Positions 12,201 through 23,040 of a stretch of 64,000 bases of DNA are shown here, in pieces. The translations under genes were made by a program, and so were the position numbers. The notes under the pieces are model-generated. The model ran no database searches. It saw only the letters and a program-made list of their open reading frames with translations, and had not been told where the DNA came from. Each line of letters begins with the position of its first letter. Position 1 is the first letter of the stretch. Source of the DNA: Phoronis australis (Eukaryota > Animalia > Phoronida). Location: the NCBI GenBank assembly GCA_002633005.1, contig NMRA01000356.1:133540-197539 (forward strand). The letters run 5' to 3'.

Positions 12201-15200
12201 AGGTATGTTCTGCATGTCTGAAAAGGGACACGGAAGTAATGTACGGCAGATTGAAACAGAGGCTCATTACGATGTTCACACCAAGGTACAAAATTGGTTT
12301 AGCTATGTGTATCCGTTTGTATGGTTGGATTACCACTATGGTAATGTGTATTTCTTAGAAAAAAATTTGGTTTCTAACCTGTTGTATATTTATGAACTTA
12401 CAATTTATGAAGTACAAAAACCCATTGTCATGTATATATAAAGTACTGTCCACACAGACTTACCCTAGAACAAGTTACTCCTGGAAGGAGTTGTCGTTAG
12501 GTTTGGAGGCTGTGTGGACACTATTTAAACTAGTGACAACTTACTCCACCTTATCGAGGTGGAGTAACTTGTTCTAGGGTAACTTCCGCCACTTCATTAG
12601 TTCCGGTGTGGCCTTAAAGCTGGGGCAAGTCACAAGTAATTATCAGCTGCAGTTACCTACAGGATTTTTGTTTGCGCCGCATTTGCAGTAGGTGATTTGA
12701 ATGACGTTTTGTTTCATTAAGTTGTTGATTTATACAATATTTCTATTTTATGTCTATCTTTTAGGAGTTTATTATTAACACACCATCGGAAGATGCCAGT
12801 AAGATGTACATTGGTAACTCACTGGGGGGTGAATTTGCTGCTGTATTTGCTCAACTCTACTTAGATGGCCAGTGTAAAGGTTAGCGTCATGCCTTTTAAA
12901 TAATGTAATGTTTTTGTTCAATTTCTAGCTATGTAATTTATGTTGTAGTTTGTTAATAAAAATTCATGGACATTCCTACCGCAGGGAATACAAAGTTAAC
13001 GAAGCTGTTCTTCCACACAACTGTTGCTTTACTACCGACATTGGACGGGCAACCTGCCTCCTTTGATTGGGTGTGATGAGTGAAAATAGCATCGGTCGTA
13101 TACATATTGGGTATAATCTGTTATTTGTAAACATGTTATGTATTGTCTTAATTTGTCATATATTTGTCAGGGCCTCATTGTTTCATCGTGCCTGTGAGAG
13201 AAAATGGCTACACGTTGGGCGGGGTCAATGTGATTGATCTGGGTCTCAAGGAAGGTAATAGTAGTCCCAAAATATACTGTTTAGCAGTTAACACTCTAGC
13301 ACATGTATTAGATCCCTGTATAACTGGTGAACACTGATTGATTGAAAATAAGTCGCAATTATGTGTGAATGTTTTGGTGTGAACATTTCAGAAATTAAAT
13401 ATGTGTTATGTAAACTATAATTAATGCTATAATTTGTAACAATAACTTAGTGAATACCTNGACGGGCAACCTGCCTCCTTTGATTGGGTGTGATGAGTGA
13501 AAATAGCATCGGTCGTATACATATTGTGTATAATCTGTTATTTGTAAACATGTTATGTATTGTCTTAATTTGTCATATATTTGTCAGGGCCTCATTGTTT
13601 CATCGTGCCTGTGAGAGAAAATGGCTACACGTTGGGCGGGATCAATGTGATTGATCTGGGTCTCAAGGAAGGTAATAGTAGTCCCAAAATATACTGTTTA
13701 GCAGTTAACACTCTAGCACATGTATTAGATCCCTGTATAACTGGTGAACACTGATTGATTGAAAATAAGTCGCAATTATGTGTGAATGTTTTGGTGTGAA
13801 CATTTCAGAAATTAAATATGTGTTATGTAAACTATAATTAATGCTATAATTTGTAACAATAACTTAGTGAATACCTGATGATTAAACTTGTAAGTCACAA
13901 GCTTCTTTTCCATTTCACTATTGATAGTTAACACCTTGTTATCTGAGAAGACTTTTTGACATAAACTCAATGCTTTACTGTACAGCAGTTACAAACTTTG
14001 CTGCCTTTCAGGTTTAAATGGTGTTGACAATGGGATGTTGTCATTTACCAATGTCAGAATTCCAAGAGAAAATATGTTGAACAAGTAAGTTTGAATATTT
14101 TCCTTTCAATTGGCAATCATCTCTTTAAATCAGACATTTCTGTTCATTTCATTCTGCGTTTAAATGATGAGTAGAAGTAATAGAACTCCAATAATTTAGA
14201 TTATATTATTTCTTTAATAACTGCATTACACAGCACATATGATTAAAGCAAGTTCAAGCAGAATTCACAATCAAAATTTACCTGGTATGAACCAAAATGG
14301 TGAGCAATAGAATTTTTTCTGATATTATGAACTTTTCCTAAATATTTTTTTACCTAGAATTTGGGGAAGTCACAAAAGCAAGTACAGTCAATTAAATGAC
14401 ACAGGCGCTTACAATCATTGTTAATCATTAGAAAACAAAAAATTCAGTAGGAAATACTGCTTTTAAGATCTTTATGTTTGCTTATATAATTGACCATGAT
14501 ACCAACATGCAGGTGCCTTTTGGTGATATTAGTTGTAAAGTCTATATTTGTTGTATCAGGTTTGCCAGTGTCAGTCCAGATGGAGTCTACTCATCCAGTA
14601 TTCCAAATAATGGTGCCAGGTTCAATGCCATGCTGAGTGCTCTCATACCAACTCGTGTTGCACTCTGTTTTCAGGCACTGGCCAGTCTTAAGATTGGCCT
14701 TGAAATTGCTGTGAAATACAGTCTACAGTGAGTAACATACATTAAATTGGTTGATTTTGTTATTTCTTGTTGAATAGAAATTTTGCCAACTATGCTGCTC
14801 AATCATAAATAATTTTGTTCCCACTCTCTAAATATGAAATCTAGACACAACATATGTCTTGTCAGTGGCTCGAAGCCTAATGGTTTTGGTTGAAATTGGA
14901 TGCAAAGTGTTGTGGCGTCCATTTTTTATTGTTTCTTTATATAGCTATAGCTCAGGTGCTCTTTGATTTTATGTCTTTCTGAAATTTGGTATCATGTGAA
15001 TATGTTGAACATGTCCATGCAGACGTCGACAGTTTGGTCCGAACAATGGGGAGCCAGAGTGTATTATTCTTGACTACCAAACACACCAGCAAAGACTGAT
15101 GCCATATATTGCTTCTAGCCTGGGCCTCATGTTCACTACTCGGTAAGCTGAGAAGCATTGCAGGATTCATTTAAGAAAAGAATTTGTAAGAGATCAATTT

Positions 15201-18200
15201 GGTCATGGAGGCTTAGAAAATCTTATGTATTACTTATGCACTACATTTCATCACGAGAAATTTTAGTGCATCTATAATTTGTGATGCTTACAGAAAACTA
15301 AACTTGAATAAAAAAGACGAATATAGTACAAATTGAATCAAACCTATGCATTGTAGTCTGTGTTGCCGATGGTACATAAAATGTTAATAGGCTTTCTTCT
15401 TAACAAATTCTCAGTCTGTTAGCGTTTTTGTCTTCCATTGCTAATGAAGAACACAATTTTCAGTGTGTTCCTTCTTTAACCATGTGAAAATAAAATCTTT
15501 TGTTTAGTATATCAAATTCCCAACTGTTCCTTGGCCGAGTTTAGATTTCTGGGTCCTTTTTATGTGTTGTAATTTTTTTATAACCTTAACTCAATCTTTT
15601 GTGTCTTCAAATAAATGACAATGTTTTGTGATCAAGGCAGTTTGATTTCTGGCCAGGTACGCTGGTGAATTGCTTGACCTTGCGAAGCTTCGCGATGAGG
15701 ATGTGACCACCAACCGACCTCTGCAGGCCCTGTGTTCTGGCCTGAAGGCTTATTGTACCTGGGAGGCTGTGCAGGGCTTACAGGCCTGCAGGGAGTGTGT
15801 TGGGGGCATGGTAGGTAGCTTTCTCTGAAATAGGCTCGGTGTCATTTCAACTCTCATAGTCAGTTACTCTGGCTTAAACGGTATCCTTGCATATGTTGTA
15901 GCTTATTGTTATGTAATGTAATCAAGCAGCATTGATTACTCAAGCATTAAGTAAAACAGTACCAATTGGTGAGTGGTTGTTAACGCACAATTCAGAAATT
16001 AAATGATAAGGGTTGTAAAGCCACTTACAAGAAAGTCACTTTTTTAAATTGGCCAATAATCGTATTCTTGCATCTAGAATGAGAGAAAAGTGTTTCATTG
16101 AAGCGAATTGTTCTTTTAGCTCGATCTTAATACTTAAATTTGTTTGTATTATTGTAAATGCTGTAGGTTCTAATTATAATAGATGATTTATTGGGCAACT
16201 ATGATAGGCAGAGTGAGAATAAATTCAGTGCTTTTCTTTGCAATATCCATTTAAATGTGGGCGCATTATGCCATCATCCCGTCCGTCCATCTGCCACCCA
16301 TTTGGTGTCTTTCCGGCATGCGCTGCTCTATCTCCAAAACCCTTTGAGGCAATTTCATGAAATTTTGCACATTCCTTTCATGGATGGGACAGCATAAGCG
16401 AACAGTTCTTACTACGGGTGTGCCCCCTAGTGGCAATTAAAGTTTCTACGTTTACCTCTGTATCTTCAAAGGTCCTCAACAGATTTCACGAAATTAGTGA
16501 TATGATGCTATCATTTTGTTTTTGGGTGGATTCTAGGTATTTTGCGCCACCCATTGGCCATTTTTAATTCTGTTTTTTTGGCATCCGCCCCTCTGTCAAC
16601 AAAACCATTTTAAGGGTGATTGTGAAAATTGGCATATATGTTCCTACTGTGATTTTCCGCCATCTTGGACTACTGTGGCTCCTCCTAGTGGCAGTTTTGT
16701 TTTTTGTGCCGATGGCTGTATCTCCTAAACCCTCTTTATTAAATTTAGGGTGTATTTATATGAAGTTGACAACAGAAGACAATGACTTTCTGATGTATCC
16801 GACAAACGCTGTGCCCCCTAGTGACAATTTTATCATTTTTTCAGTTTTCCTCTGTTCTCTGAAGTTCCTTGACAGAGTTTTATGAAATTTGGTGATTAGG
16901 TTTCTATTAAAGGAACAATGTTCCCGTTTTCAGATGGATTTGACGTATGTTGCGTCATGTAGTGGCCATTTTTGCTGTTTTCTAGCATGCCTTTGGCGTC
17001 TACCCCTCTATCAACCAAACTCCTCTGAGGATGATTTTGAAAATTAGCGTTTATGTTTCTACTGTGAAAAGAACAGCTAATGATGATTATTGGACTAGTG
17101 ACGCCTCATAGTGGCAGTTTTTTGCATTTATGTCTGTATCAACGGACAACGACATTTGGATGTATCCGACTACAGCTGTGCCCCCCCCCAGTTACATCCA
17201 CAGCAAGATCTTTCTGAAATTTAGCAGATGTGTTTCTATGGAGATAGCAACAGATGATGGCCAGTGTCTGACCATTCTAACTACAGCTGTGCTCCCTTGT
17301 GGCAATTTTGTGTTTTATGTTTGCCTTTGTAATTTCAGAGTTTCTTGATGCTTTTTCATGAAATTGGTCAAACAAATTTCCATAATGAAGATGACAGCAA
17401 ATAATCGTGAGAGATGACATCTCCCCATTTTTGGATGGGTTCAATGTATTCTTAGCCGTTAAAACACCTGTAGATGCACACCCTTTGCAGTGCAGTCAAC
17501 GCATTTCAATGCTCCACGTTGCTCTTGTTTCCAGATTGATATTGGCTTTCAATCTTCATTAAATGTCACCTTGATGTACATTTTTGTAGGGTTATTTTGA
17601 GGAAAACAGAATATCTTCACTCAAGAGAGATGCAGATGTCTTTGTGACTTTTGAAGGTGATAACATGGTCATGTTACAAGTGAGTTGATTGGATAATTGT
17701 TTGTGTTCACACAAAAGTCTAACAATGTTGGTGTTTGTGTACAAAAAATGAATGTGAATCTAGCAATTAAGACTTTTATCCTTAAATTATCTTTCGTCTA
17801 ACACATTCCAAGTCATTGCATTGAAACTGACAAATAAGAAGTGTTTCATCTTTCTTATTTTCCTTTGTTATATGCACAAAATTCCTGGTAATGTCATTTT
17901 TGTTATTGACACTAATTATCTTGTTTTTAGCAAGTAGCCAAAGAGTTGCTGGCTCAGTATAGTAAACAGATGGGTGATAGTAAACTGTTTGCTGCGTTCT
18001 CTGTTGCTAAGAGCAACTGTATGGATTCATTAAAAACCAGGTAATAACATTGATAATAATTACTTGTTGACATACTAGTGCCCTCTATCTCATCTCTGCA
18101 TTATATCCAGATTGTCAGCAACTCCCTCGCATGCATCAACTACTAAGACTCAGCTCAGAAGAGTAAGAGTCACTTTTGTACAGGTTAATTGTCTGCCAAT

Positions 18201-20938
18201 AAAACTAGAATTTGAACACAGATCCCCAAATTGAGGATTCAGAGCTCAAGTCGCTAACCTAAGTGGAGTACTCCATTTCTTCATGGCTTTTGTAATATTG
18301 GTAATAATTATGATGTAGGCACTTGTAGAACACTTTTGACGTAGCACTTCACGAAATGGTTTCCCATGCCAAGGATCAGTTCGTACTACAGCAATGTCAA
18401 CTCCTGGAGAGCATACAAGACTTACAGAGATCAAATTTGCCCTTCAAGGTCTAGAGCTCTGTGATAAGATTTATCTTAAGTGTTGACTCATTTATGTTAA
18501 TTGTACATTGAGAAAACATCACAAAATTTTCAAAACCTGAATGTCCAGTTTACTTTCCAGTCGATGGGCATTTAGTTTCCAGCCTGTAACAAACATTAAC
18601 TACGTCATACAAGCCCTTCAGTTCAAAGAAGACAGACTTCTACGAAAGCTTGGAGCAAGACTACTAAATAAGGTAGACATGTATATAGTATTTTGGATTT
18701 CAATGTTGTTGTTGATCAACCGTTAATGTCTTGTTTTCAGAATTTAAATGAAATTCTTTAACACCATGCTTAACTGTTCCACAGTATATGTTTTGTGGTG
18801 AGCAGGAATGTTATTTTTGATGATTTGTCTTTGTTTTTACAGGTGTCTAGTGGTACAGTGCCTTTTGATGCGTGGAACGATTGTCTCAGTCATACCAATG
18901 CATTGGCGTGGTGCTACATTAAAAAAGGTTAACAATTTGTTAAAGTTCAAGTTTTCTGTGGTAGATGATACGTATTTGTTTTTATTCAGGCCAAGACAAT
19001 TATGCCTGTTCAAAACAAATATATTAGTATTTCTAAGTCTACAACATATTTGCATTCAAACACACATATCCATTCCATGTATACAAAAAAGATTAGAAAT
19101 TATTTCAAAATGTGTATCACAAAAATCTTGCCATGCCTACATTTGAGAGGCGCTACCGATAATCTAGAGATAATTGTACGACTGTTCAGCTATGTCATCA
19201 TTTTTCTTGTGATCAGCGTCTCAAGCTTTATGTGACTTGAACATAACACAAAATATTCATTCAAATCTATGTGACGTCACGTCTAGCTAGAATTACCAAG
19301 CAGGCCTTATGTGTTTTTTCAGTAACTCTGATTCAGTTTCAAGAAGCTGTGGAGAGGTGTCCATACGATGAAGACAAGAGGGTTCTGGATGTCTTCTGCA
19401 GGCTGTATGCGGTTAATTTGTTGTACAGTGACAGAGCTTGGTTCTTAGAACATAATTATATTTCCAGTGTCATGACTTCAGAACTGAGAGAGGAGGTAGG
19501 TTATTTGAATTCTGTAGGGATTTAGATAATATATATACCGTATTCGCCCTAATAAGTGCCCCGACGTGTTTTCAGACTTCGCTAAAATAAGTGCCCAGTC
19601 TATGAATGTGTACATGCAAAAATGCCTTACCTACAGTTCTAAAATTCTGCAGTAATGTCTTCAGTTTATCAATAAGATCTGACAATCCTGATGAAAGTCA
19701 TTGAGCACAGAGTTTGTAGACCGTGATCCTCGCCACTATGTCAGTATTTAGCCGTGGCTATACACTTCAAACATCCTCGCCGCTATGTCAGTATTTAGCC
19801 GTGGCTATACACTTCAAACATCCTCGCCGCTATGTCAGTATTTAGCCGTGGCTATACACTTCAAACATCCTCGCCACTATGTCGGTATTTAGCCGTGGCT
19901 ATACACTTCAAACTTCCGCTGTGCAAAAGTTTTGCTGATCTTGCAAGGAAATATTCCATTATGGCCTGGCCTTTCAGAATAGACATTAGTCTTCTCGTAC
20001 TATCTATTCATGAAACGGGTCGCATAGCATCGGCAAGAAATAAAATATTGGCAGTAATTTCCGAAAGTTTCTAGTACCGAAAAAAATGGTCACGTTATTT
20101 TTAGGAGGAATTATTTAATTGATCATAATTGGTGTTTTTAAAGTCAAAATAACTCATTGATACTGAACACTTCCGCACCCTTACACCCCCCCGAGTCTCC
20201 CGGAAAATAGCTGTTAGACTGTCACGCTTCCAGTGAACTCGTATTTTTGGACATTTAATTTGTAAACATTTTTGTGACGCGGTACTTCACGATAACTGTT
20301 GTCACATGTGACTTCATCAGAATGTTCTTCAAAATATGCCATCAATGTCCTAATATTTAAAGACAGAAAACACCCATCTTCTAGACAACGAAGCTAAGTC
20401 TCCATTATTATATTATAAAGTTTAATGTGATTTCAGGCAAAAAAATATTAGTGCTTAACTACTTAACTGTGGTCTTTTAATTCACCTGATACAATGACTT
20501 AGTTGGTTCAGGAACAGGCTGGTTGCCTGCCATGACAGTTGGTGAAGTTAATGCTACCTACCTTTGGCTATTATGTGCCTTTTAATATAAAGGCTAACAA
20601 GAAAAGAATGCAGGTGGCCTGATGCCTTTTGTGGTACATCAGGCATGTTTAGGCCACAAGACTGGGCCCATTACACTTAAGCCTAACAGCTTTCTCCTGT
20701 ACTGGATGTTATAATTCATCATTTATTCTGATATTTGAATTTTACAATTTGCTCACGCTATGCATTGTTTTTATTTCAGTTCTACAAGTTATGTAAGGAA
20801 GCACGCCAGTGTGCTGGACAAGTTGTTCAAGCATTCCGTCACCCAGATGTCTGTGTACACGCACCCATCGCAGGCATTCCAAACAACCGAAGCCCCTGGG
20901 CCTATTACCCTAACCCTCTCACCAAAGCAAAGCTCTGA
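6104..20938 (+). CDS. ACOXL: Acyl-CoA oxidase-like protein (ACOXL), 16 coding exons, 637 aa, PTS1 (-AKL)
   Basis: Exons 6104-6207, 8766-8946, 9790-9876, 12187-12285, 12765-12879, 13171-13254 (copy at 13588-13671), 14012-14084, 14560-14727, 15023-15142, 15657-15810, 17590-17679, 17931-18040, 18561-18672, 18843-18927, 19323-19495, 20780-20938 total 1914 nt, all phases consistent. Motifs include [48 protein letters not shown] and [22 protein letters not shown] and the C-terminal WAYYP...AKL match my recollection of vertebrate ACOXL rather than ACOX1-3. Confidence 0.93.
7876..8492. mobile_element. Putative MITE with imperfect terminal inverted repeats
   Basis: GCCCTTTCCCCA...GTGGGAAAGGCC termini, plus subterminal inverted GTTAAC/AACAGC..AAGTTAA blocks. 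Confidence 0.4.
8766..8946 (+). CDS. ACOXL: ACOXL exon 2
   Basis: [20 protein letters not shown]...ATDVSVTIK; phase 2-0. Confidence 0.88.
9790..9876 (+). CDS. ACOXL: ACOXL exon 3
   Basis: [29 protein letters not shown]. Confidence 0.92.
10190..11617 (+). mobile_element. Helentron-associated non-autonomous element (HINE-like), copy 1, middle lost in gap
   Basis: Nearly identical to 43726-45699 on both sides of the gap: TTTTATGCACCCACA 5' subTIR/palindrome, (GTCC)n, CTAGTGGC units, 3' TGTGGGCGCAT plus hairpin CAACGC-TCC-GCGTTG. Confidence 0.85.
10592..11425. other. Assembly gap (N run) inside repeat
   Basis: Run of N. Confidence 1.
12187..12285 (+). CDS. ACOXL: ACOXL exon 4
   Basis: [33 protein letters not shown]. 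Confidence 0.95.
12446..12617. repeat. Small inverted-repeat element (MITE-like)
   Basis: Perfect 22-bp inverted repeat TTACCCTAGAACAAGTTACTCC (12460-12481) / 12561-12582, plus inner hairpin TTACTCCACCT..AGGTGGAGTAA. Confidence 0.65.
12765..12879 (+). CDS. ACOXL: ACOXL exon 5
   Basis: [38 protein letters not shown]. Confidence 0.95.
13171..13254 (+). CDS. ACOXL: ACOXL exon 6 (first copy)
   Basis: [28 protein letters not shown]; phase 1-1. Confidence 0.9.
13588..13671 (+). CDS. ACOXL: ACOXL exon 6 (second copy, probably the other allele duplicated by assembly)
   Basis: Identical to 13171-13254 except GTC>ATC (V>I); lies in a 416-bp duplication abutting a single N at 13460. Confidence 0.5.
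14012..14084 (+). CDS. ACOXL: ACOXL exon 7
   Basis: [25 protein letters not shown]. Confidence 0.95.
14560..14727 (+). CDS. ACOXL: ACOXL exon 8
   Basis: [25 protein letters not shown]...IAVKYSL. Confidence 0.95.
15023..15142 (+). CDS. ACOXL: ACOXL exon 9
   Basis: [30 protein letters not shown]. Confidence 0.95.
15657..15810 (+). CDS. ACOXL: ACOXL exon 10
   Basis: ...[30 protein letters not shown]. Confidence 0.95.
16232..17528 (+). mobile_element. HINE-like element, older diverged copy 2
   Basis: Degenerate subTIR, GTCC tract, ~140-150 bp CTAGTGGC subunits, and 3' CAATGCTCCACGTTGCTCTTGT end homologous to 43726-45699. Confidence 0.75.
17590..17679 (+). CDS. ACOXL: ACOXL exon 11 (catalytic Glu motif)
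   Basis: [30 protein letters not shown]. Confidence 0.95.
17931..18040 (+). CDS. ACOXL: ACOXL exon 12
   Basis: [23 protein letters not shown]... Confidence 0.9.
18561..18672 (+). CDS. ACOXL: ACOXL exon 13
   Basis: [37 protein letters not shown]. Confidence 0.9.
18843..18927 (+). CDS. ACOXL: ACOXL exon 14
   Basis: [28 protein letters not shown]. Confidence 0.9.
19323..19495 (+). CDS. ACOXL: ACOXL exon 15
   Basis: [13 protein letters not shown]...[24 protein letters not shown]... Confidence 0.92.
19536..20100 (+). mobile_element. Non-autonomous DNA transposon fragment (TA-CCGTA terminus)
   Basis: TACCGTATTCGCCCTAATAAGTGCCC start with repeated AATAAGTGCCC; right boundary uncertain. Confidence 0.4.
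19726..19913. repeat. Minisatellite, 47 bp x 4
   Basis: ATCCTCGCCACTATGTCAGTATTTAGCCGTGGCTATACACTTCAAAC repeated head-to-tail. Confidence 0.95.
20780..20938 (+). CDS. ACOXL: ACOXL exon 16 (terminal, PTS1)
   Basis: FYKLCKEAR...[26 protein letters not shown]. Confidence 0.93.
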   Translation, partial: FYKLCKEARQCAGQVVQAFRHPDVCVHAPIAGIPNNRSPWAYYPNPLTKAKL

Positions 20939-23040
20939 TGGTGGTAATCCCCTGGTGCAGAGACGCTTTCAGGGACTATATCGACTGCATCATTTAAATA
21001 TCAGTTTTTTACTTGCATGTTCATTGAACTTTTGTCATGTTCTCGTGCATTTCTGAAAAACTGTGTCATATGCAGAAGATTAGTTAGTGAAACAATTTAT
21101 GCACAGAAGTTATCATCTCGCATATAGAAATATTTATCAAAAACTCCAAATTGTTTGGAAGTTGCAGAATCATGTTTAACTTAAAATTAGTTAAACAATA
21201 GAAATTATCTAAAGTGATTCAGCTATAGGTGCTCTTTCTGCCTCTCATGTAGTAAAAGATAGAATAAGTGTGAATGAAAGTGAAGATGAAGAATTTATGT
21301 GTATAAGCTGTGGATTGTAACGTAGCAGCAATAAGACACATTGGCTTTGGACTATTGTGACGTTATAATGATAATGTGTACTGAAAATGTGCTGAGTATT
21401 ACCTGTGAATTTCTATGTTGTGCTGTAATGATTGCAAGTTTGTATCTTGAAGTGGTGGAACTCAACTTACTGTGGAGGTTTGTGCAGACTAGACTCGGCT
21501 CAAACTGTAGGTTGAGGTTTGTGAAGTCCAGCTACGATCCAAACTGTATTTTGAGGTTTAATTGAATTCAAGATATAATATGTAGTACTGAAGCAGTTAA
21601 GTTTTTAAACGTCAAGTAGCTCCAAGTACGCTTTACTTTTAACCAGCTTAATGACTGCTTTGACTGATGCCAAGGCTGAATTGACGGGAAAATGATGTGT
21701 TAGTAGTTGAATACCAGGAGGATCTGTGCAATACTTAGCTTATTATTCCTTCAATCTTGACTCTGCTTGTGTCTGCACTTGTTATTTGGGTGCAAATTCT
21801 TCTACTAGAAGGAGTGGGTGTCAGATTCATGGAGTCAGTTGTTGTCTAGATTATCTTGTGGCTGTTCATATGGGTCTTGGGGCAACTTGTTGTGTGAACG
21901 CATCTTGATCGTGTGAATGCAACTTGATGTTGTAACAAACCGTTAAATTTGCCCTAGCTGTTGTAGGTGAAGTTGCAGTGAAGACCAGATGTTTATATAT
22001 ATATCTGAATATCACTCATTCTGTGAATCCTGTGACATGGTCAACTTTGACATTTTTGTAACACCACATTATGTTATGTGGTGTTTTCTCTCTTGCTTAG
22101 GTTGTTTTAACGCATATGGGCTGATAATTTACATTGCTGTCTTACATCATTACTTGTTTTACTGATCAGGAACATTTTTGTTGTTTTGTGAGGCATCATA
22201 TCCTAATTTATCCTGGAGGTGAACAATTGTGTGCAATGCGTGTTTTAGAAAAAGGTTATTTATCGTTGGAATGATAATTATCATTGAGGGTTGTTGAATT
22301 TCTAATATTTCGAATGTTCATTACCCTTAACTAAGTGTTGTTGATTATGTAATATTCAGAATTGTTCATAATCATTATCTTAGTTTTATTGCAGATAACA
22401 CTGTGTTTGCTTAGTTTGGTTTAAGGTGATTATAGCAGGAAAATTATAATTATAATGATTGCGCTATTTTTGAGTATGAACTACTGACTGATAAGACTGT
22501 TTCAGAAATAAGACTAACAAGAATGTGATACTTGTGAAGTGAAAGTTCTTCACTTTTCACAGCTTGAAGCGTTTGGGTTGTGGAATTATTCCTTACTAAT
22601 TTTTTCATTTGTTAGTGAAGAGGTAATTCCATTTTTGTGGAAAAGTAATGAGATTGCTTATCAAAACTCTTACAGGATCCTTCAACAATGCTTTCAGTCC
22701 AAAAAGGTCCTGGTTGCTAATACATATCTTTAGAAGTATTTAAGGCCTCATTTTCTGATATAAAATCCATTTCAGTTGTTTTTTTGATGGGAAAAATTTC
22801 TTTTAATTGTACTCCAATAGCATGCCAGCATAGTTGCAAGCAAGGTTATCAGAGGCATTTCTTCTAACTTTATATTGATTTTCTCTTTACGGATGGAATG
22901 AAATCATTGTTATTAAGACTTCCATCTTTTCAGAGTTTTTTGTTGTATGATGCTACCTCTGTACTTCTCCTCCTGAAAATTTCATTAAAGGGCTGTTGTT
23001 TGAAGTATGAATAGAACTTATTGAAATTGGTATATTTTTA

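Larger units (their letters stand above)
13044..13876 (+). repeat. 416-bp direct duplication around single N (likely haplotype-overlap artefact)
   Basis: 13044-13459 equals 13461-13876 apart from about 2 substitutions. Confidence 0.9.

Noticed and set aside
13044-13876. Duplicated 84-nt symmetric ACOXL exon 6 (V/I variants) as mutually exclusive exons
   Set aside because: Flanking intron sequence is also almost identical and the copies meet at a single N, which is the signature of a contig or haplotype overlap
20936-20950. Stop-codon readthrough of ACOXL
   Set aside because: Context TGA-TGG is not the TGA-CTA readthrough motif, and extension would mask the PTS1
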